64,000 nucleotides of DNA, from the NCBI RefSeq assembly GCF_009914755.1, contig NC_060925.1, one strand, 5' to 3'. A program made the position numbers and the translations under genes. Below the pieces are notes generated by a model that ran no database searches, was not told where the DNA came from, and saw only the letters and a list, made by a program, of their open reading frames with translations. Below, one piece after another: positions 15,201-28,877 of this stretch. Position 1 is the first letter of the stretch, and each line of letters starts with the position of its first letter. This stretch comes from the human T2T-CHM13v2.0 reference genome, Homo sapiens.

Positions 15201-16041
15201 CTCAGGGAAATGAGAAAGAGAAGGACACATTTCACATGATTCCTCCTTCCTGGTCTTTAACAAGTTTAGCAGTCTACCACTAAGACCTGCTGATTCATTC
15301 TTTGGAAGAAAAATAATCTCTTATTTTTTCTTCTTCCTCTATATTCCTGTAGTCACCAGGTAGATCCAGATCCTCACCCTCAGAAATATCCGTCGATGTT
15401 CCCCAGCCTGCCATTTAGTTAAAACTCCCCTCACTCTGAGGTACACCCTCCCTTCTGGCTCACTGACATTCTTAATCATTTTCATCCCAATAGACAGAAC
15501 AGTCCTGGCACCAAGTAAGCATGTAATAAATAATTATTGTATAATCAGGCACATTTCACCCTTATCTAACATGTCAAGTCTAAATTACCCCACCTGGAAT
15601 TCAAGAAATTTTATACTCAGCCCCCTTGAGTTTCCTCTCTAACTGCTTTGTAGCTGACCCCTCTAATCTAGGACTCCAGATCCCTCATCACTGTCCATCA
15701 GGGCCCAGGATGATTCTGACCTTAGGCAGAAGACTCTCTATCCAGGCATCCCAACATTTGCCCTCATTCCCTCTTTCTTCAACCATCTTAATTCTATCCA
15801 TGCTTTCATTGATCTGAAGAGGCTCTCAACGAATATCCATGCTGTGCAGTTCAGTTCCACTTCTTATAAGAAGCCCTCTGACTATGCCTGTGTGGGGCTC
15901 ATTCCTGCTTGCCTGCAACACTGTCTTCCATTGGTTTACTTGTATGGATCTCTCACGTGGCTACTCAAATGTCACCCCTGCTACTGTAAAAGTTCTCCAA
16001 AGCCAGGGGCTATTTTACTTTCTCTTTTCATCTCCTTTTTA

Positions 16042-18510
16042 CTTTTCTATCTTTTAATATGGTTTTTCCTTTTATTAATATATAATATTTTATGTATTTA
16101 TGGGGTATATGTGTTTTTTACATGCATAGAATGTGTAATGATTGTGTTCTAGCTACTTTGAAATACATAATAGGTTGTTGCTAACTACAGTCACCCTAAT
16201 CGACTGTTTAATATTGAAATTTTTTTTCTTCTATCTCACTGTAAGTTTGCACTCAATCACCAACCTTCTTTGTTTCTTCATCCTATCTTCACAACCTTCT
16301 CAGCCGCTTGTATCTACCATTCTATTCTCCATCTCCATGTGATCAAGCTTTTTAGGTCCTACATATGAGTGAGAACATGTACAATTTGTGTTTTTGTGCC
16401 TGGGTTTTTTTTACTTAACAAAGTGACCTCTAGTTCTATCCATGTTGCTGCAAATAACATGATTCCATTCTTTTTATGGGTGAATAGCATTTTATTATGT
16501 ATATATGCTACATTTTTATTATCCATTTGTCCACCAATGGACACTTAGATTGATTCCATGTCCTTGCTATTGTGAATAGTGCTGCAATAAACATGTAAGT
16601 ACATATATCCCTTTGATATATTGATTTCTTTTCCTTTGGATGGCTCTCCACTAATGGGATTACTGAATCATATGGTAGTTTTATTTTTAGTTTTTTGAGG
16701 TGTCTCCATACTGTTTTCCGCAGTGATTGAACTAATTCATATTAACAACAAAAATGTATAAGAGTTCTCTTTTTTCCACATCCTCGCCAGCATCTGGTAT
16801 TTTTCTGTCTTTTTAATGATAGCCATTCTATTTGGGGTAGGATGATATCACATTGTGGTTTTGATTTGAATTTCCCTGTTGCATAGTGATGTTGAGGATT
16901 TTCTTCACGTACCTGTTGTCTATTTATGTTCTTTGCCCACTTTTTAATAGGATCTTTTTTTCACTGTTGATTGAGTTGTTTGAGTTCCTTATGAATTCTC
17001 AATATTAGTTCCTTGTTGGATGAATAGTTTGCAAATATTTTCTTCCATTCAACAGGTTTTCTCTTCATTCTGTTGATTGTTTCCTTGCTGTGTAGAAGTT
17101 TTTGAGTTTGATATAGTCCCATTTGTCTACGTTTGCTTCAGTTGTTTGTGTTTTTGAGGTTTTGACATAAAATCTTTGCCTAGACCAACGTCTTGAAGTG
17201 TTTTACCTATGATTTCTTCTAGTAGTTTTACAGTTTTGGGTCCTGCACTTAAGTCTTTCACCTATCTTGAGTATATTTTTATATATGGTGAAAGATGGGG
17301 TCCAATTTCATTCTTCTGCTTATGGATATCCAATTTTCCTACTGTCATTTATTAAACAGAATGTCCATTTTTCAGTGTTTCTTCTTGGAGCCTTTGTTGA
17401 AAATAAGTTGGTCATAAATATATGGAATTATTTTCTGGGTGCTCTATTCAGTTCCACTGGTCTATGTGTCAATTTTTATTAAAATACCAAGCTATTTTGG
17501 TTACTAGAGCCTTGCAGTATATTTTGCAAGGCTACAGGTAGTGTGATTTGTTCTTTTTGCTCAGTATTGTTTTGGCTATTGAGGCTCTTTTTTGATTCCA
17601 CAAGAATTTTAGGATTTCTTTTTATATTTCTGTGAAAAAATGCCATTGGTATTTGATAGAGATTGCGTTGAGTCTGTACATTGCTTTGGGAAATATGATC
17701 ATTTTAATGATATCAATTCTTTGAATCCATAAGCATGGGATGTCTTTCCATTTATTTATGTTTTCTTCAGTTTCTTTCATCAGTGCTTTGTAGTTTTTCT
17801 TGTAAAGATCTTTTACCTCCTTGGTTAAATGTATTCCTAGGTATTTTTTATTTTTGTTGCTATTATAAATGGGATTGCCTTCTTGATTTCTTTTTCAGCT
17901 ATTCTTTTATTGGTATGTAGAAACACTACTGATTTTCGTATGTTGACTTTTTACCCTGCAACTTTACTGAGTTTGCTTATCAGCTATAGAAATTTTTTGT
18001 AGAGTATTTTGGTTTTCCTAATATAAGATCATGTCATTTGCAAAGAGTGAAAATTCAACTTCCTCTTTTCTAATTCTGATGCCTTTTATTTCTTTCACTT
18101 GTCTAATTGCTCTGGCTAGGACCTCCAGTATTATATTGAATAGGAATGATGAATTTGGGCACCCTTGTCTTGTTCCAGTTTTTAAAGGAAAAGCTTTCAG
18201 CTTTTCCCAACTCAGTATGATGTTAGCTGTGGGTCTGTCATATACACCCTTCATTATTTTGAAATATGTTCCTTTTATGCATAGTTTGTTGATAGTTTTT
18301 ATCACGAAAGAATATTGAGTTTTCTAAAGTACTTTTTCTACACTTATTGAGATGGTCATATGGTATTTGTCCTTCATTCCATTGATGTGATACATCATGT
18401 TCATTGATTTGTGTGTTTTAAGTCATCCTTGCCTCCTTGGTATAAATCTACTTGATCACATCTTTTTAACGTGCTGTTGAATTTTGTTTGCTAGTATTTT
18501 GTTGAGGATT
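16042..18510 (-). mobile_element. L1 (L1MA/L1PB-type) 3' half: part of ORF2 plus 3'UTR
   Basis: Minus-strand ORF 18018-18305 ([48 protein letters not shown]) is L1 reverse transcriptase. 3'UTR and a degenerate T-rich tail lie at the left end. Confidence 0.92.
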
Positions 18511-18514
18511 GCTT

Positions 18515-20591
18515 GGGGATCTGGGTCTTCAAGATGGCTGACTAGAGACATTTCATACTTGCCTTCTCCACTAAGAAGAACCAAAACAGAGTAGGTAATC
18601 ACATGTCAAATAGATCATCTAAGAGAATACTGAATTAAACAGAAAAGTGACAGGAAATACCTAAAGCAAGGAAGGAGAAGGAAGTGTGGCAACCTGGACA
18701 GCCAGATTGCCTTGGAGTCAAGAGAGACTCCTTAATAAGGGGAAAGAGTAAGTGATACACTCAGTAGTCCATATTCCCACTGTGAACTCCTGCAGTCCTA
18801 GCCATGAGAGAGCCCCTTGGCCCTCACAGGCCTTGAAACTAACATTGGAAATTGCCAGGAGATTGTGCAATGGCACTTCCCTAAGGAGGATGCTTGTTCT
18901 GGGTCCACACCCTCCCTGAGAGTTAAGCAGCTACAGCAAAGCACCATTTTAGAGCCCCACCCCCAATAGACTGTGAACTCTTTGGGGGCCCAGCAGTGTG
19001 GGGACTAAGGTGCAAGAGAAGCTGCTAACTCCAGGGCTTAGGTGCCAGGCTTAAATGTGAGTGATCACAGGTCTACTGCTCCTGGGGCAAAGGCAAGACC
19101 GAGGCACAGACTACTGCAGCAGCAACAGAGGTGCATTTGCCAATGGGGCTGAGGCATGAGTAGCATGTGAGCTCCCCACATGCCAGCCTAGGCCGCCATC
19201 ACTGAAGGAAGCACCACTCTCTCCAGTGGCAGGGAGGCAGTGCAGCCACTGCTGCTTCCACCCAAGCATTATGCAGGTGTCCTGGGAATTGCTTCACCCC
19301 TGTTTACCATGGCTAGTGCCTGTTCACACCATCAGGAGTGCTGAAAACAAGTCCTCCCGCTCCTTGCCACTCCCCCCATGTCAGAGCACACAGTCTGGGA
19401 ACGAGGAGATTGCCCAACCCGATCCACTACTATTGGTACTTCTTGCCCAACCCAATCCACCACTATTGGTACTTCTCCTGGGAGACTGAAGTTGGACTTA
19501 ACTACCAGGCTGCTACCATTACAGCTGGCAACTACCTGTATGTGCCTCTTGTGTGCCTGGAGATTGCCCAGCCCAGCTCACTGCAGCCACTGCCAACACC
19601 AGTGCAGACCACTTGGACCCAGAGGACCATCCTGCCACTGACACTGCTAACTTCCAGACCACGCCATCTGCCCAGGGGCATAAGAACCCATCCACCAGGC
19701 TGACCCCTTGCTGCTACTACTGGCATTTGAGTAAGCCACCTGGAGGGCCAAGAATTAGCCTGCCTGGGCCCACTAACATTGGTGCCAGCACACACCACTC
19801 AGGGACCCAAGGACCAACATGCTTGGCCCACCACTGCCACCACTGGAGCCTAAAGACTAGCTCACCTGCCATTCTAGTCCCCAGCAAAACTTCTCCACAT
19901 CCTCCATTAAGCCACCAAGAAAATTACAGATACCACTGACACTGTTTACAGCCAAAGAAATTACATAGAGACTACACTACTGCACACACTCAGAATCAAA
20001 GCCAAATGCTTTATTCAACTAACACCATAGATTCATCCTCAGGAAAAAGTCTTCTACAAAAGCAAATTCAAAAAATTGGAACAAGTGACTGTTACACCAG
20101 ATGCACAGATATCAGTATAAGAGCAGGAAACATGAAAAAATAAGGAAATATGACACCTTCAAAGGAACGCAATTAGCTCTCCAGCAACGGATACCAATTA
20201 AAACGAAATACACAAAATCCTGAAAAGAAGGAATTCAGGTTATTGATGCTAAAGAAGCCCGGTGAGATACAAGAGAATGCTGCAAAACAATACAAAGAAC
20301 TCAGAAAAAAACTGTTCAGACTATGAATGAGAAATCTGCCAAAAAAGACAGACATCATAAAAAAGAACCAAATAGAAATTCTGGAACTGAAGAATTCATT
20401 AAATAAAATATAAAATGTAATACATCCAAAAGCTTCAATAGGCTGGATCAAGCAGATGAAAGAATCTCAGAACTTGAAGACAGGCCTTTTGAAATAACAC
20501 AGTCAGACAAAAATTTTAAAAAAGAATTAAAAAGAATGAGCAAAGCCTTGATGATATACAGAACACCATAAAGTGACCAAATATTCAAATA
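18515..20591 (+). mobile_element. L1 5'UTR plus ORF1 N-terminal half, inverted relative to 16042-18510
   Basis: L1 5' start 'caagatggctgactagag' at ~18530. ORF1-like 'aaagaaccaaatagaaattctggaactgaagaattca...agaatctcagaacttgaagacagg' at 20100-20590. Confidence 0.85.
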
Positions 20592-22370
20592 ATCTTCTTT
20601 TTAAATCTCTAACCCCATCTCACCATCACTGTACACTACAGAACAGCCATATTTGCACCTCACCTGATAACTAGCAGAGCTCCAGGCACATGGCAAGTGC
20701 TCAATATATACTGGTGAATTCATGACTTCTCTCTCTTGATAATTCCTTTAGCCAGTTCCTAGTGAATTTTCCAAGTACATGTTCCTCATTCCTCCATGTG
20801 TTAGAGGTGGGGTGGTTAGGGAATGGGGACAGGCAGAAGGCTGACTTCAAAAGACCATTTAGAAAACGTCCCCATTTAGTCTGACCTAATCAGGTTACTC
20901 TTCAATTTCCCACAGAAAATTTCCTCCAATTTCCCCTTTCCATGGGGAAGGAAGAGTAAAGGAAAGGAGAGTGTGCTGGAGACCTCTAACCTGATACTGA
21001 AGCAGACAGGCAAGTGTCCTTTACTTATTGCAGTTTTCATTTTCTGGCATTTTTGGTGCCAGCATGCATGAGAGGGAGGGAGCATTTAGCAGAAAAGGCT
21101 GTCATTCTGACAAACAACTTGCAGCCAAGGCCACCTCTGGCTGTGTTCCATGCCAGACACACCAGGACAGCCAGGTGTGGACAAGGGGCCTGGATATGAA
21201 AGAAACACACTCTGCCCTGGAACTCCATTAGTAAGCTGAGGAATCAAGACTTACCTATGTTAAAATTACCTCAGAACATTCCTAACATAAGGTTTAAATT
21301 TTATTTTACTATATACAGTATAAACTCCACTTATACTGTTGACATTTGAATTTTTTCACAATTCCACAGAGTTAAAGTTGTTCTAAAATCTCATTCTAAA
21401 ACTGGGGGAGAGAACATGGATATGGATGGCCTGGAGGCGCATCTCTAAAATTCAGTAAGGTTGGTCTTCCAGACTCCCAGGTTTCTGCTTCATGTGTCTT
21501 TTCCCACACTGCACAGCACCTTTGCAGCAACTTTAAAAGCCTCTGGGTTTCAGATTATTCTTGTCAAAACAAAAACAAAAACAAACAAACAAAAAACCAT
21601 AGGATGATCTCAAAGAAAGTTCCTCCCAGGTCTGACTATGACTCCATGACTACTTGACTTTTAAACAGCCACAGATTTCTTTTTTTTTTTCTGTCAACAT
21701 CCTTCCCAGTCACAAGCAAGGACAAATGTCTGATAATGTGTAAGCCCTCTGGGGAATTATTTCTTTAACAGAGATCATAGAAAAGAATCTGTTGTGGTGG
21801 GAGTTCTGGCATCAGCCAGTCAGACTGAGGAAGAATCTTTGGAGGCATGAAGTCCTTCTAAGGGCCCTAAGCCTCGGGTCATCTTCTTCTGTGCCCAGTA
21901 GCAGGACTGTGTCTGGCTCGTGGGGCAGGGCAACTCCTAGGGCTCAGATTTTTACCTTATCGGATGTTTCTATTCTTTATGTGTCTAAGTACATGGATTC
22001 CCTCACATAAAAAGTTGGATGAGTCATATGGAATCCCTAACTAGGAGGGAGATCAAGATATGGAAAGACATAGTAATAACTTATATATAGTAATACCTGC
22101 TATTGTATCCACAAATTGACCATGTGCTCACTGTATTAGGCTTTAAGCATATGTTGCTACCTTAATTCTCATAAATCCAGTAGAGAAGTGCTATTAGTCT
22201 CAATTTATAGGTGAGAAAACTGACCAAAGGTCAAAAATGTTAAGATGTGTCCAAGGTCACACCAACCAGTGGGTGGAGGTACTAGAATTGTTACCCGCTT
22301 GTTGCCTAGAGGTTTTGGGCTCCTCCTTGCAGTCTATGGCCATAGGAGTCCTGAGGCAGGAGAAGCTCAG

Positions 22371-22740
22371 CCAGAGGGAGCCATTTTACCCAGGGGAAGC
22401 CATTCTACAAGGAGAACTGTTCTACCCACAAGAAGCCATTCTACCCAGGTGGAACCATTCCAGGTGGAGCCATTCTACCCAGGCCACCCGGGTGGAACCA
22501 TTCTACCCAGGGGGAGCCATTCTACCCGGGGGGAGCCATTTTACCCCAGCAGGGGGGGAGTGGGGGGGTGGGGGGGCGATAGGGTGGGGGGGCGTGGGGG
22601 TGGCGTGGGGGTGGGAGGGTGGGGGTAGGAAACTATTCTACCTAAGGGGAACCCTCCTAGTCAAGGGGAATTGTTCTACCCAGAGGGAGCCATTCTATCC
22701 AGAGGGAGCCATTTTATTCAGAGAAAGCCATTCCATCTGG
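22371..22740. repeat. Degenerate ~19-21-bp minisatellite (GGAGCCATTCTACCCAG) with an internal G-run tract at 22552-22625
   Basis: More than a dozen visible copies of (G/A)GCCATT(C/T)TACCCAG-like units. The central tract has many runs of four or more G. Confidence 0.85.
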
Positions 22741-23784
22741 TGGGGATGTGAGAGGACTAACAAGCACGAGGCTGTTGCCCACCCAACTGGGGGTTTCACG
22801 TCCCTCCCATCTTCGTCTCCTGGAACCAAGAGGACTTAGAGCATAAACAGAGCCTCCTTCCGCCAAGGGAACACTGGCTCAGATGACTTTTTGTTAAAGT
22901 GGGTGTGTATTTTTGGAAATGTTCTGGAGCATAAGTGCATAAAACGCTGGGTCAGACAGTGCCTGGGGCTGTGCGTAGGGAGGAGACTGGGCACTCCAAA
23001 GAACGCTGGAGCAGCAGCTTCAAAAAGTGGTTTGATATTTTTTCCTCCTGATTTTGATCTTAAAAATGTCTGGAGCCCCAGACAGCCACCGGCAGCTTTG
23101 TGCAACAGGGGCTCTAACCACCACGACCTCAACAGCCACACTGCAAAGGCTTCTAGTTAACAGAACTCTTTTGTGTGATGGAAAGCGAGGGAAAGCGTGA
23201 GAGACAGGAAAACGCTGGGGTTGACAGAGACAGCTGGTTTCTGTGGCAAGGCTTCAGAATTGTCAATGGAAAAACACAGTGGAGACAGCGAGAAATGCTG
23301 AGGCGCTCTGTGTGATCCTGGAAGCATGTTCCTTCGGCTGGCCCTGACGGAGCCAGTTTTCTTCTTTCTGGACTGAGAAAGCAGATAACTCAGCTCCTGA
23401 TCTCTCAATTGCTCTGTCTTTGACCAGTGACAAGATGGCATTGATGAGTTCCCGAAGGAGTCTGACTCCTCTTGGATGAATTTTTTTAAATTCTGTTTCT
23501 TGCTTCTTCTTTTCCGAGTAGTTTTTCATGAGCAGAGATGGCAGGAGCAGACATCGTGGTTATCCAGCCACCATTTGATCACGTTGTGGTCCCCATTTGA
23601 GTGACACCCAAAGGACATGAATTATGCTAAGTGTTTGGGGCTGCTGGGCACCCCTTTGCCAAGGAAAGCACTCAGCCCCAGGTCTGAGAGAGTTGTGGCA
23701 GCCACTCATGCCATGGATTTCAAAGATGCTAGGTTGGGTTTACTACCATCGCCCCAAACCCAACTTTCCAGCCTTTTCTACCCC

Positions 23785-23910
23785 TACACACACACATATT
23801 CACACACATACACACACACACACTCTCTCTCTATATATATATACACACATACACATATATATATACACATTGTGTGTATATATATATATTTACACATATG
23901 TGTGTGTGTA

Positions 23911-23964
<54 letters not shown>

Positions 23965-24022
23965 CCTGCCTGGGCCCACTGCCCACTAACATTGGTGCCA
24001 GCATACACCACTCTGGGGCCAT

Positions 24023-24065
<43 letters not shown>

Positions 24066-24124
24066 GTGTGTGTGTGTGTATATATATATATACACACACA
24101 CATATATAGTGACAATTCTGAATA

Positions 24125-24170
<46 letters not shown>

Positions 24171-24194
24171 TGTGTGTATGTGTGTGTGTGTGTG
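23785..24194. repeat. Compound (CA)n/(TA)n/(TG)n microsatellite with a 60-bp unique insert
   Basis: Alternating purine-pyrimidine tracts, interrupted at 23960-24020 by L1-derived sequence. Confidence 0.95.
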
Positions 24195-26449
24195 CATTCA
24201 CAGAGCCAAACATCGATCCCACATGCCTGAAATTTAGTTTTGAACTCTCCTATTCAAATTGTTTCCTAATGCAACATGGAAACAAGGATACATTTGAAAA
24301 GCAAAAAAGACTGGAAGGAAACTGTTACTAAAATATTAAGAATGGTTGTGTCTGGATGGAAGAATATAAAATGATATCCTTCCTATATTAATTTTATGTT
24401 ATAAAATTTTTATGAGAATATATTTTTTTTAAATGAGGGACATTTAGATTTCTTAAATATAGAAAATCCAATAAGGGTAATATGTTCAGACCTTACCAAG
24501 TCTTGAATTTGAGAACTCTCTGGGGGAAAGGCCCTATAAAAAGTGATAAGCGTCATGTGCTTTTGGGGAGCGGAAATGTCCAGGGAGGTGAAGACGTGCT
24601 GAAAGGGGTTGTAGCAAGACCACAAGGGTGTATTTGATATTTTGAAATAAATTTTCTGGAGTCAGTCCCTGGCTTTAGTGTCTTTATCTGTAAAGTGAAA
24701 GCACTGCATTAAATGATCATGAAAATAGTTTGTAATGTACAATAACTAGAGTTTTGTCAGCCTTTAGTGTCCTGGGAGTTCTCAACTTCCTTTTATCCTC
24801 TCTTTTCTGTCTCTCTGTTTGGAATCTAGAGGGCAGTTCTAAGACCTTTAGATGAAAATCACAACTTTTCTAGTACAACAGCATCACAAGGGAACTTAGG
24901 GCTTACTCATAAGGATACTGTAGATCTAAATGAGGCACCCAGAGCTCACTAAGGCTATCTATCTGCCTGACCCTCAATAACAATGAGTCCCTATCATGAC
25001 AACACCTATATTGCCACCCCTCACATGTCTGTGTAGGAGGGTATCACACAAAAGCTTCACAGTCACTTTTCAGATTTCAGAATCTAGGAAGATAAGAGAG
25101 GGTGGTGATGAAATCAGGGGCTTTATAATTAATCAAATGTGAGTCTGAACCCCAACCCTGCCTCTTCTCAGCTTTGTGATATTAAGGATGTTATTCAACC
25201 TCTCTGGTCCTCCATTTTCTCTCACTCAAAACATAGATACTGATACCTCACTTATAACTCTATTGGAGGTGTATTTAAGAAGACAAAGTGTTTGGCATAT
25301 GGCAGGTGTTAGATATCTTCCCTCTTCCTCATAACTTAATTTCTTATTGGTTCCACAAAATCTCATTTTCTCTTGCCCTAACTTCAGGAGAAACTGGGAA
25401 ACAACACATTGTTTCCCGGGGGCAAAATAGTTTTATTATTCTCAAATTCGAGCCCCATACATCAGTACCAACTATCAGAATTGACATCCAACTCCCAAAA
25501 CTCCAAGAAACACCTGCCCCAGAAATCCTGATTTTTCCACTTCATTTCTTCTGTCTCTAAATTATCTACACCCACACACAAACACACCCCCCCAACACAC
25601 ACACATCCCTCAATCATATCCACTCTTCTCCACACAAGATTGACTAAATATCCAAAGATATGCCCTGATCTTTCACCACCAGCTAAATGTCTTTAGATGT
25701 TACTACTTTGATTATAAACCCTGCCTTCTCTTCGTATTATCTCGGATGCCAACCCCATGAGACACATTAAATACATAATGCATTTTGACTTGCATCTGGG
25801 CTATGCTGTCTGGTGTGGGGAGGTTACAGCAGAAGCATATGCCTGCTTCTTAAAATTCAATTATTCAAATTCAATTTCTTCTCTTTCTCCCAGTCCTCAC
25901 CAGCATGTAGCCCCTGACTTTTCATTAGATCACTCAAACACCAGCACTGGAGCCAGAAGTTTCTGTCTTCCATTTAATTTGATTCGGCGGATGTTCGCCA
26001 TTGTTGTAGCTGTTACTTTGCACTGTTCTAGGCACTGAGGGCCCAAAGATGTAGAAGACAGAACAGCAACCCTTAATAAGTTCATGTCCTGGTAGATAGA
26101 GAAATGCATCTATATTTAACCCCAATAGTGTGTGACAAGAGCAATTTAAGTATAAAAGATAAAATAATATGAGAGTGCAAAAGGATAAAGCAATTAATTA
26201 TTTCACTATGGGAGTAAGGAATCAGATAAGATCTCATAACTACAATATGGGTGGCAAAGCACCATATGCTCACCGGAAATGAAGATTAGAGTCAACCAAA
26301 GCAGAATTAGGGTGCCAAATATTGTTCTAAGCTCAGGCGGGGACTCCTGGGTTTAGTAAGAATAGGAAAATCACAAATTTCTTTTATTTCAGAAGAACTG
26401 CCCACCAGCAACTGATAACCTTTCTCAGCTCCATTCCCCAGCTCATGCT

Positions 26450-26560
26450 ATTCCTTTTGCCCCTGTATACATTGACCTCACCCCTCTTTACCATCTGAAA
26501 CCCCATTCCCTTTGCCCCTGTATGCATTGACCTCACCCCCTCTTTACCATCTGAAACCCC
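26450..26560. repeat. 55/56-bp tandem duplication
   Basis: attcc(t/c)tttgcccctgtat(a/g)cattgacctcacccc(c)tctttaccatctgaaacccc occurs twice. Confidence 0.9.
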
Positions 26561-26899
26561 ATTTATCCTTTTTCCAGTACCACCTTCTTTGTAGATTTCT
26601 CACCCGACAGAATTAATTGCACTTCCCCTATCATTTTGGTTTCATTTTTGCTTTTTACTATTTGCTCCCATAGCATTTTTGGGCTCAACTCTAGTACCAT
26701 TCATTAGTGACTGCTTTATATTGTAGATTGTGTAATCTTGAGAATAGAAAGCATATTTTATTTGTATTTGTATTCTCTTGCAGTAACTCACAAGTGCTTA
26801 GCACATCATAGACACTAAATAAATGTTCTTTGCATTGAAAAGTCAGTGGCAAATATAAACCCAGTAGAAAATATATAATGAGATACTAAGTATGTTTTT

Positions 26900-28150
26900 G
26901 GCCAAATTACAATGGGGAGTATTCACTACTTTTCTAAGCTACAGAAACCTTTATCCAATTGCCTGTTCAAAATCCTCTTGGCTATCTCAAAGTTACCTCA
27001 CACTGAACTCATTAATATCTCCCTGGGCACTCTCAATTGGTCCTTTTCCAGTCTTCCCTATTTCTGTGAAGAGCACCATGGTTCATGCAATTGTACTAAA
27101 CAGAAACCTAGGGGTAATTTTTGATAACTCTCTCCCTCTCCCATCATGTTATATCCTCTTGGTTTTGCTTCTCAAATATCTTTCAATTTCCGTCTCTAAA
27201 GCCACTACCCTCTTGCAAGGGTCCATTGGCTCCCGCCTGGAATACTGTGACAGTCTTCACTGGTCTCCCTGCGTTTCCCTCTGCACCTTCCAATCCATTC
27301 CAAAATACAAATCACATGCTACCTATACCTTTCAACCTTTTAATCACTTCCCACTGTTCCAGGGTAAAGAATGAAACCTCTCTACGGACTTTAAGACCTT
27401 GCATGGTCTTGTCTAGCCGTAGGCAAACTTTTTCCGTAAAGGGCGTAACAGTAAATATTGCAGGCTTTTGGGGTCAGGCAGCCTCTGTTGGAACTACTCA
27501 CCTCTGCCATTGTAACTCAAAAGCAGCCGTAGACAATACAGAAACAAATGAGCATGGCTGTATTCCAATGAGACTTTATTTATAAAAATAGACAGCAGGC
27601 TGGATCTAACCTGGTGGCCACGGTTTGTGGACCTCTGGCCTAATCCATGCCTCCAGCTTTGTCTCTCTCAACTTTCCCCTCTGCCCTCTGTGCTCCAACC
27701 ACACTGGACTTTTGCTTCCATGATTTCACCCCTCCTGCCACAGGCCTTTGCTCAGGCTGGTCGTCTATCTGTCACGCTTCCATTCTCCTTCTCTTTCCCT
27801 TTACCAACTTAACTTCGACTTTTCCTTCAAGTCTCACCTAGCTATGACCTCTTCAGGGGAACATGTCTTGACACTCCAACTAAGTGAAGATGCCAGCTCA
27901 ATGCTCTAAAACCATTCCAGCCTTTCCCTTCACAGAACTCACTGCAATTTGTAAATACATAGGTATTTGTGGGGTTGTTTCAGTCTGACCTTTTCCACTC
28001 GACTGTCAGTTCCATAAAGTCAAGTCTTCATCATTTGGCCCAGTACCTTCCTGACACAGTACCTGACAGAGAGTAGGGATTGTTGATGAAAGAATAAATG
28101 GGTGAAAAAACACCAAAGACTGAATGCATGGATACAAAAAAGGGATAGAT
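26900..28150 (+). mobile_element. L2 fragments, interrupted by MER58A
   Basis: L2-type phrases 'aaacctaggggtaatttttgataactctctccc', 'ctggtctccctgc', and a 3' end with '...gatgaaagaataaatggg'. Confidence 0.6.
27414..27637 (+). mobile_element. MER58A (hAT-Charlie)
   Basis: 'ggcaaactttttccgtaaaggg...actcacctctgccattgtaactcaaaagcagccgtagacaatac...atggctgtattccaatgagactttatttataaaa'. Confidence 0.85.
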
Positions 28151-28486
28151 GAAGTACTGAATGTGGTTGCTGTATTAAGGGAGAAATTGGACATTGTTAC
28201 CAACTTTCCCAGGAGAACTGTGTCACTATATCTCAAAATGCTTATAAATGTACATATCATTTGACTTAGCAATTCTACTTATTGGAATTTCCTTAAGGAA
28301 ACAGCCATAGATGTATATAAAGATTTACATACAGATATTTTCCTCATACCGTAATAACCAACTAATTGAAACACATTGTAAATCTTCTAAATGTCCAAAA
28401 AGTTATAGAAAATAAGTTAAGTAAATTCATCAATTGAAGCCATTTACTATGCAGATGGTAGTAATAATCTTTTAAAATCATGTTCA

Positions 28487-28830
28487 TGGAGCACAGAAGA
28501 TTTTTAGGGCAGCTAAACTATTCTGTAAGATACCAAAATGGTGGATATGTGTCATTATACATTCATTCAAACCCATAGAATGTACAGCACCAACAGTGAA
28601 CTCTAATGTAAACTGTGGACATTGAGTGGCAATGATATGTCAATGTAGGTTTACCAATTATAGCAAATTTACCACTCTAGTTGGGGGATATTGATAACAG
28701 GGGAGGCTGTGTGTGTGTGAGGACACGACGTACATTGGAGCTGTCTGTATCTTGCATTCAATTTTGCTGTAAACCTAAAATTTCTCTAAAAATAAAGTCT
28801 ATCAAAACATATAATAAAAAATAAAAATAA
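28487..28830 (+). mobile_element. L1MC 3' end
   Basis: 'ggagcacagaagatttttagggcagctaaactattctgtaagatacc...aaacccatagaatgtacagcacc...ctctaaaaataaagtct' followed by an A-rich tail. Confidence 0.8.
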
Positions 28831-28877
28831 ATCATATTTAATGATTTGAAAAAAATGATCACAATATATCATTCAGT

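Noticed and set aside
22237-22839. 200-aa ORF
   Set aside because: It starts in MIR-like sequence and stays open only because the minisatellite and G tract lack stops.
23617-24237. 206-aa and overlapping ORFs
   Set aside because: These are translations of (TA)n/(CA)n/(TG)n microsatellite, giving YI, HT and VC runs.
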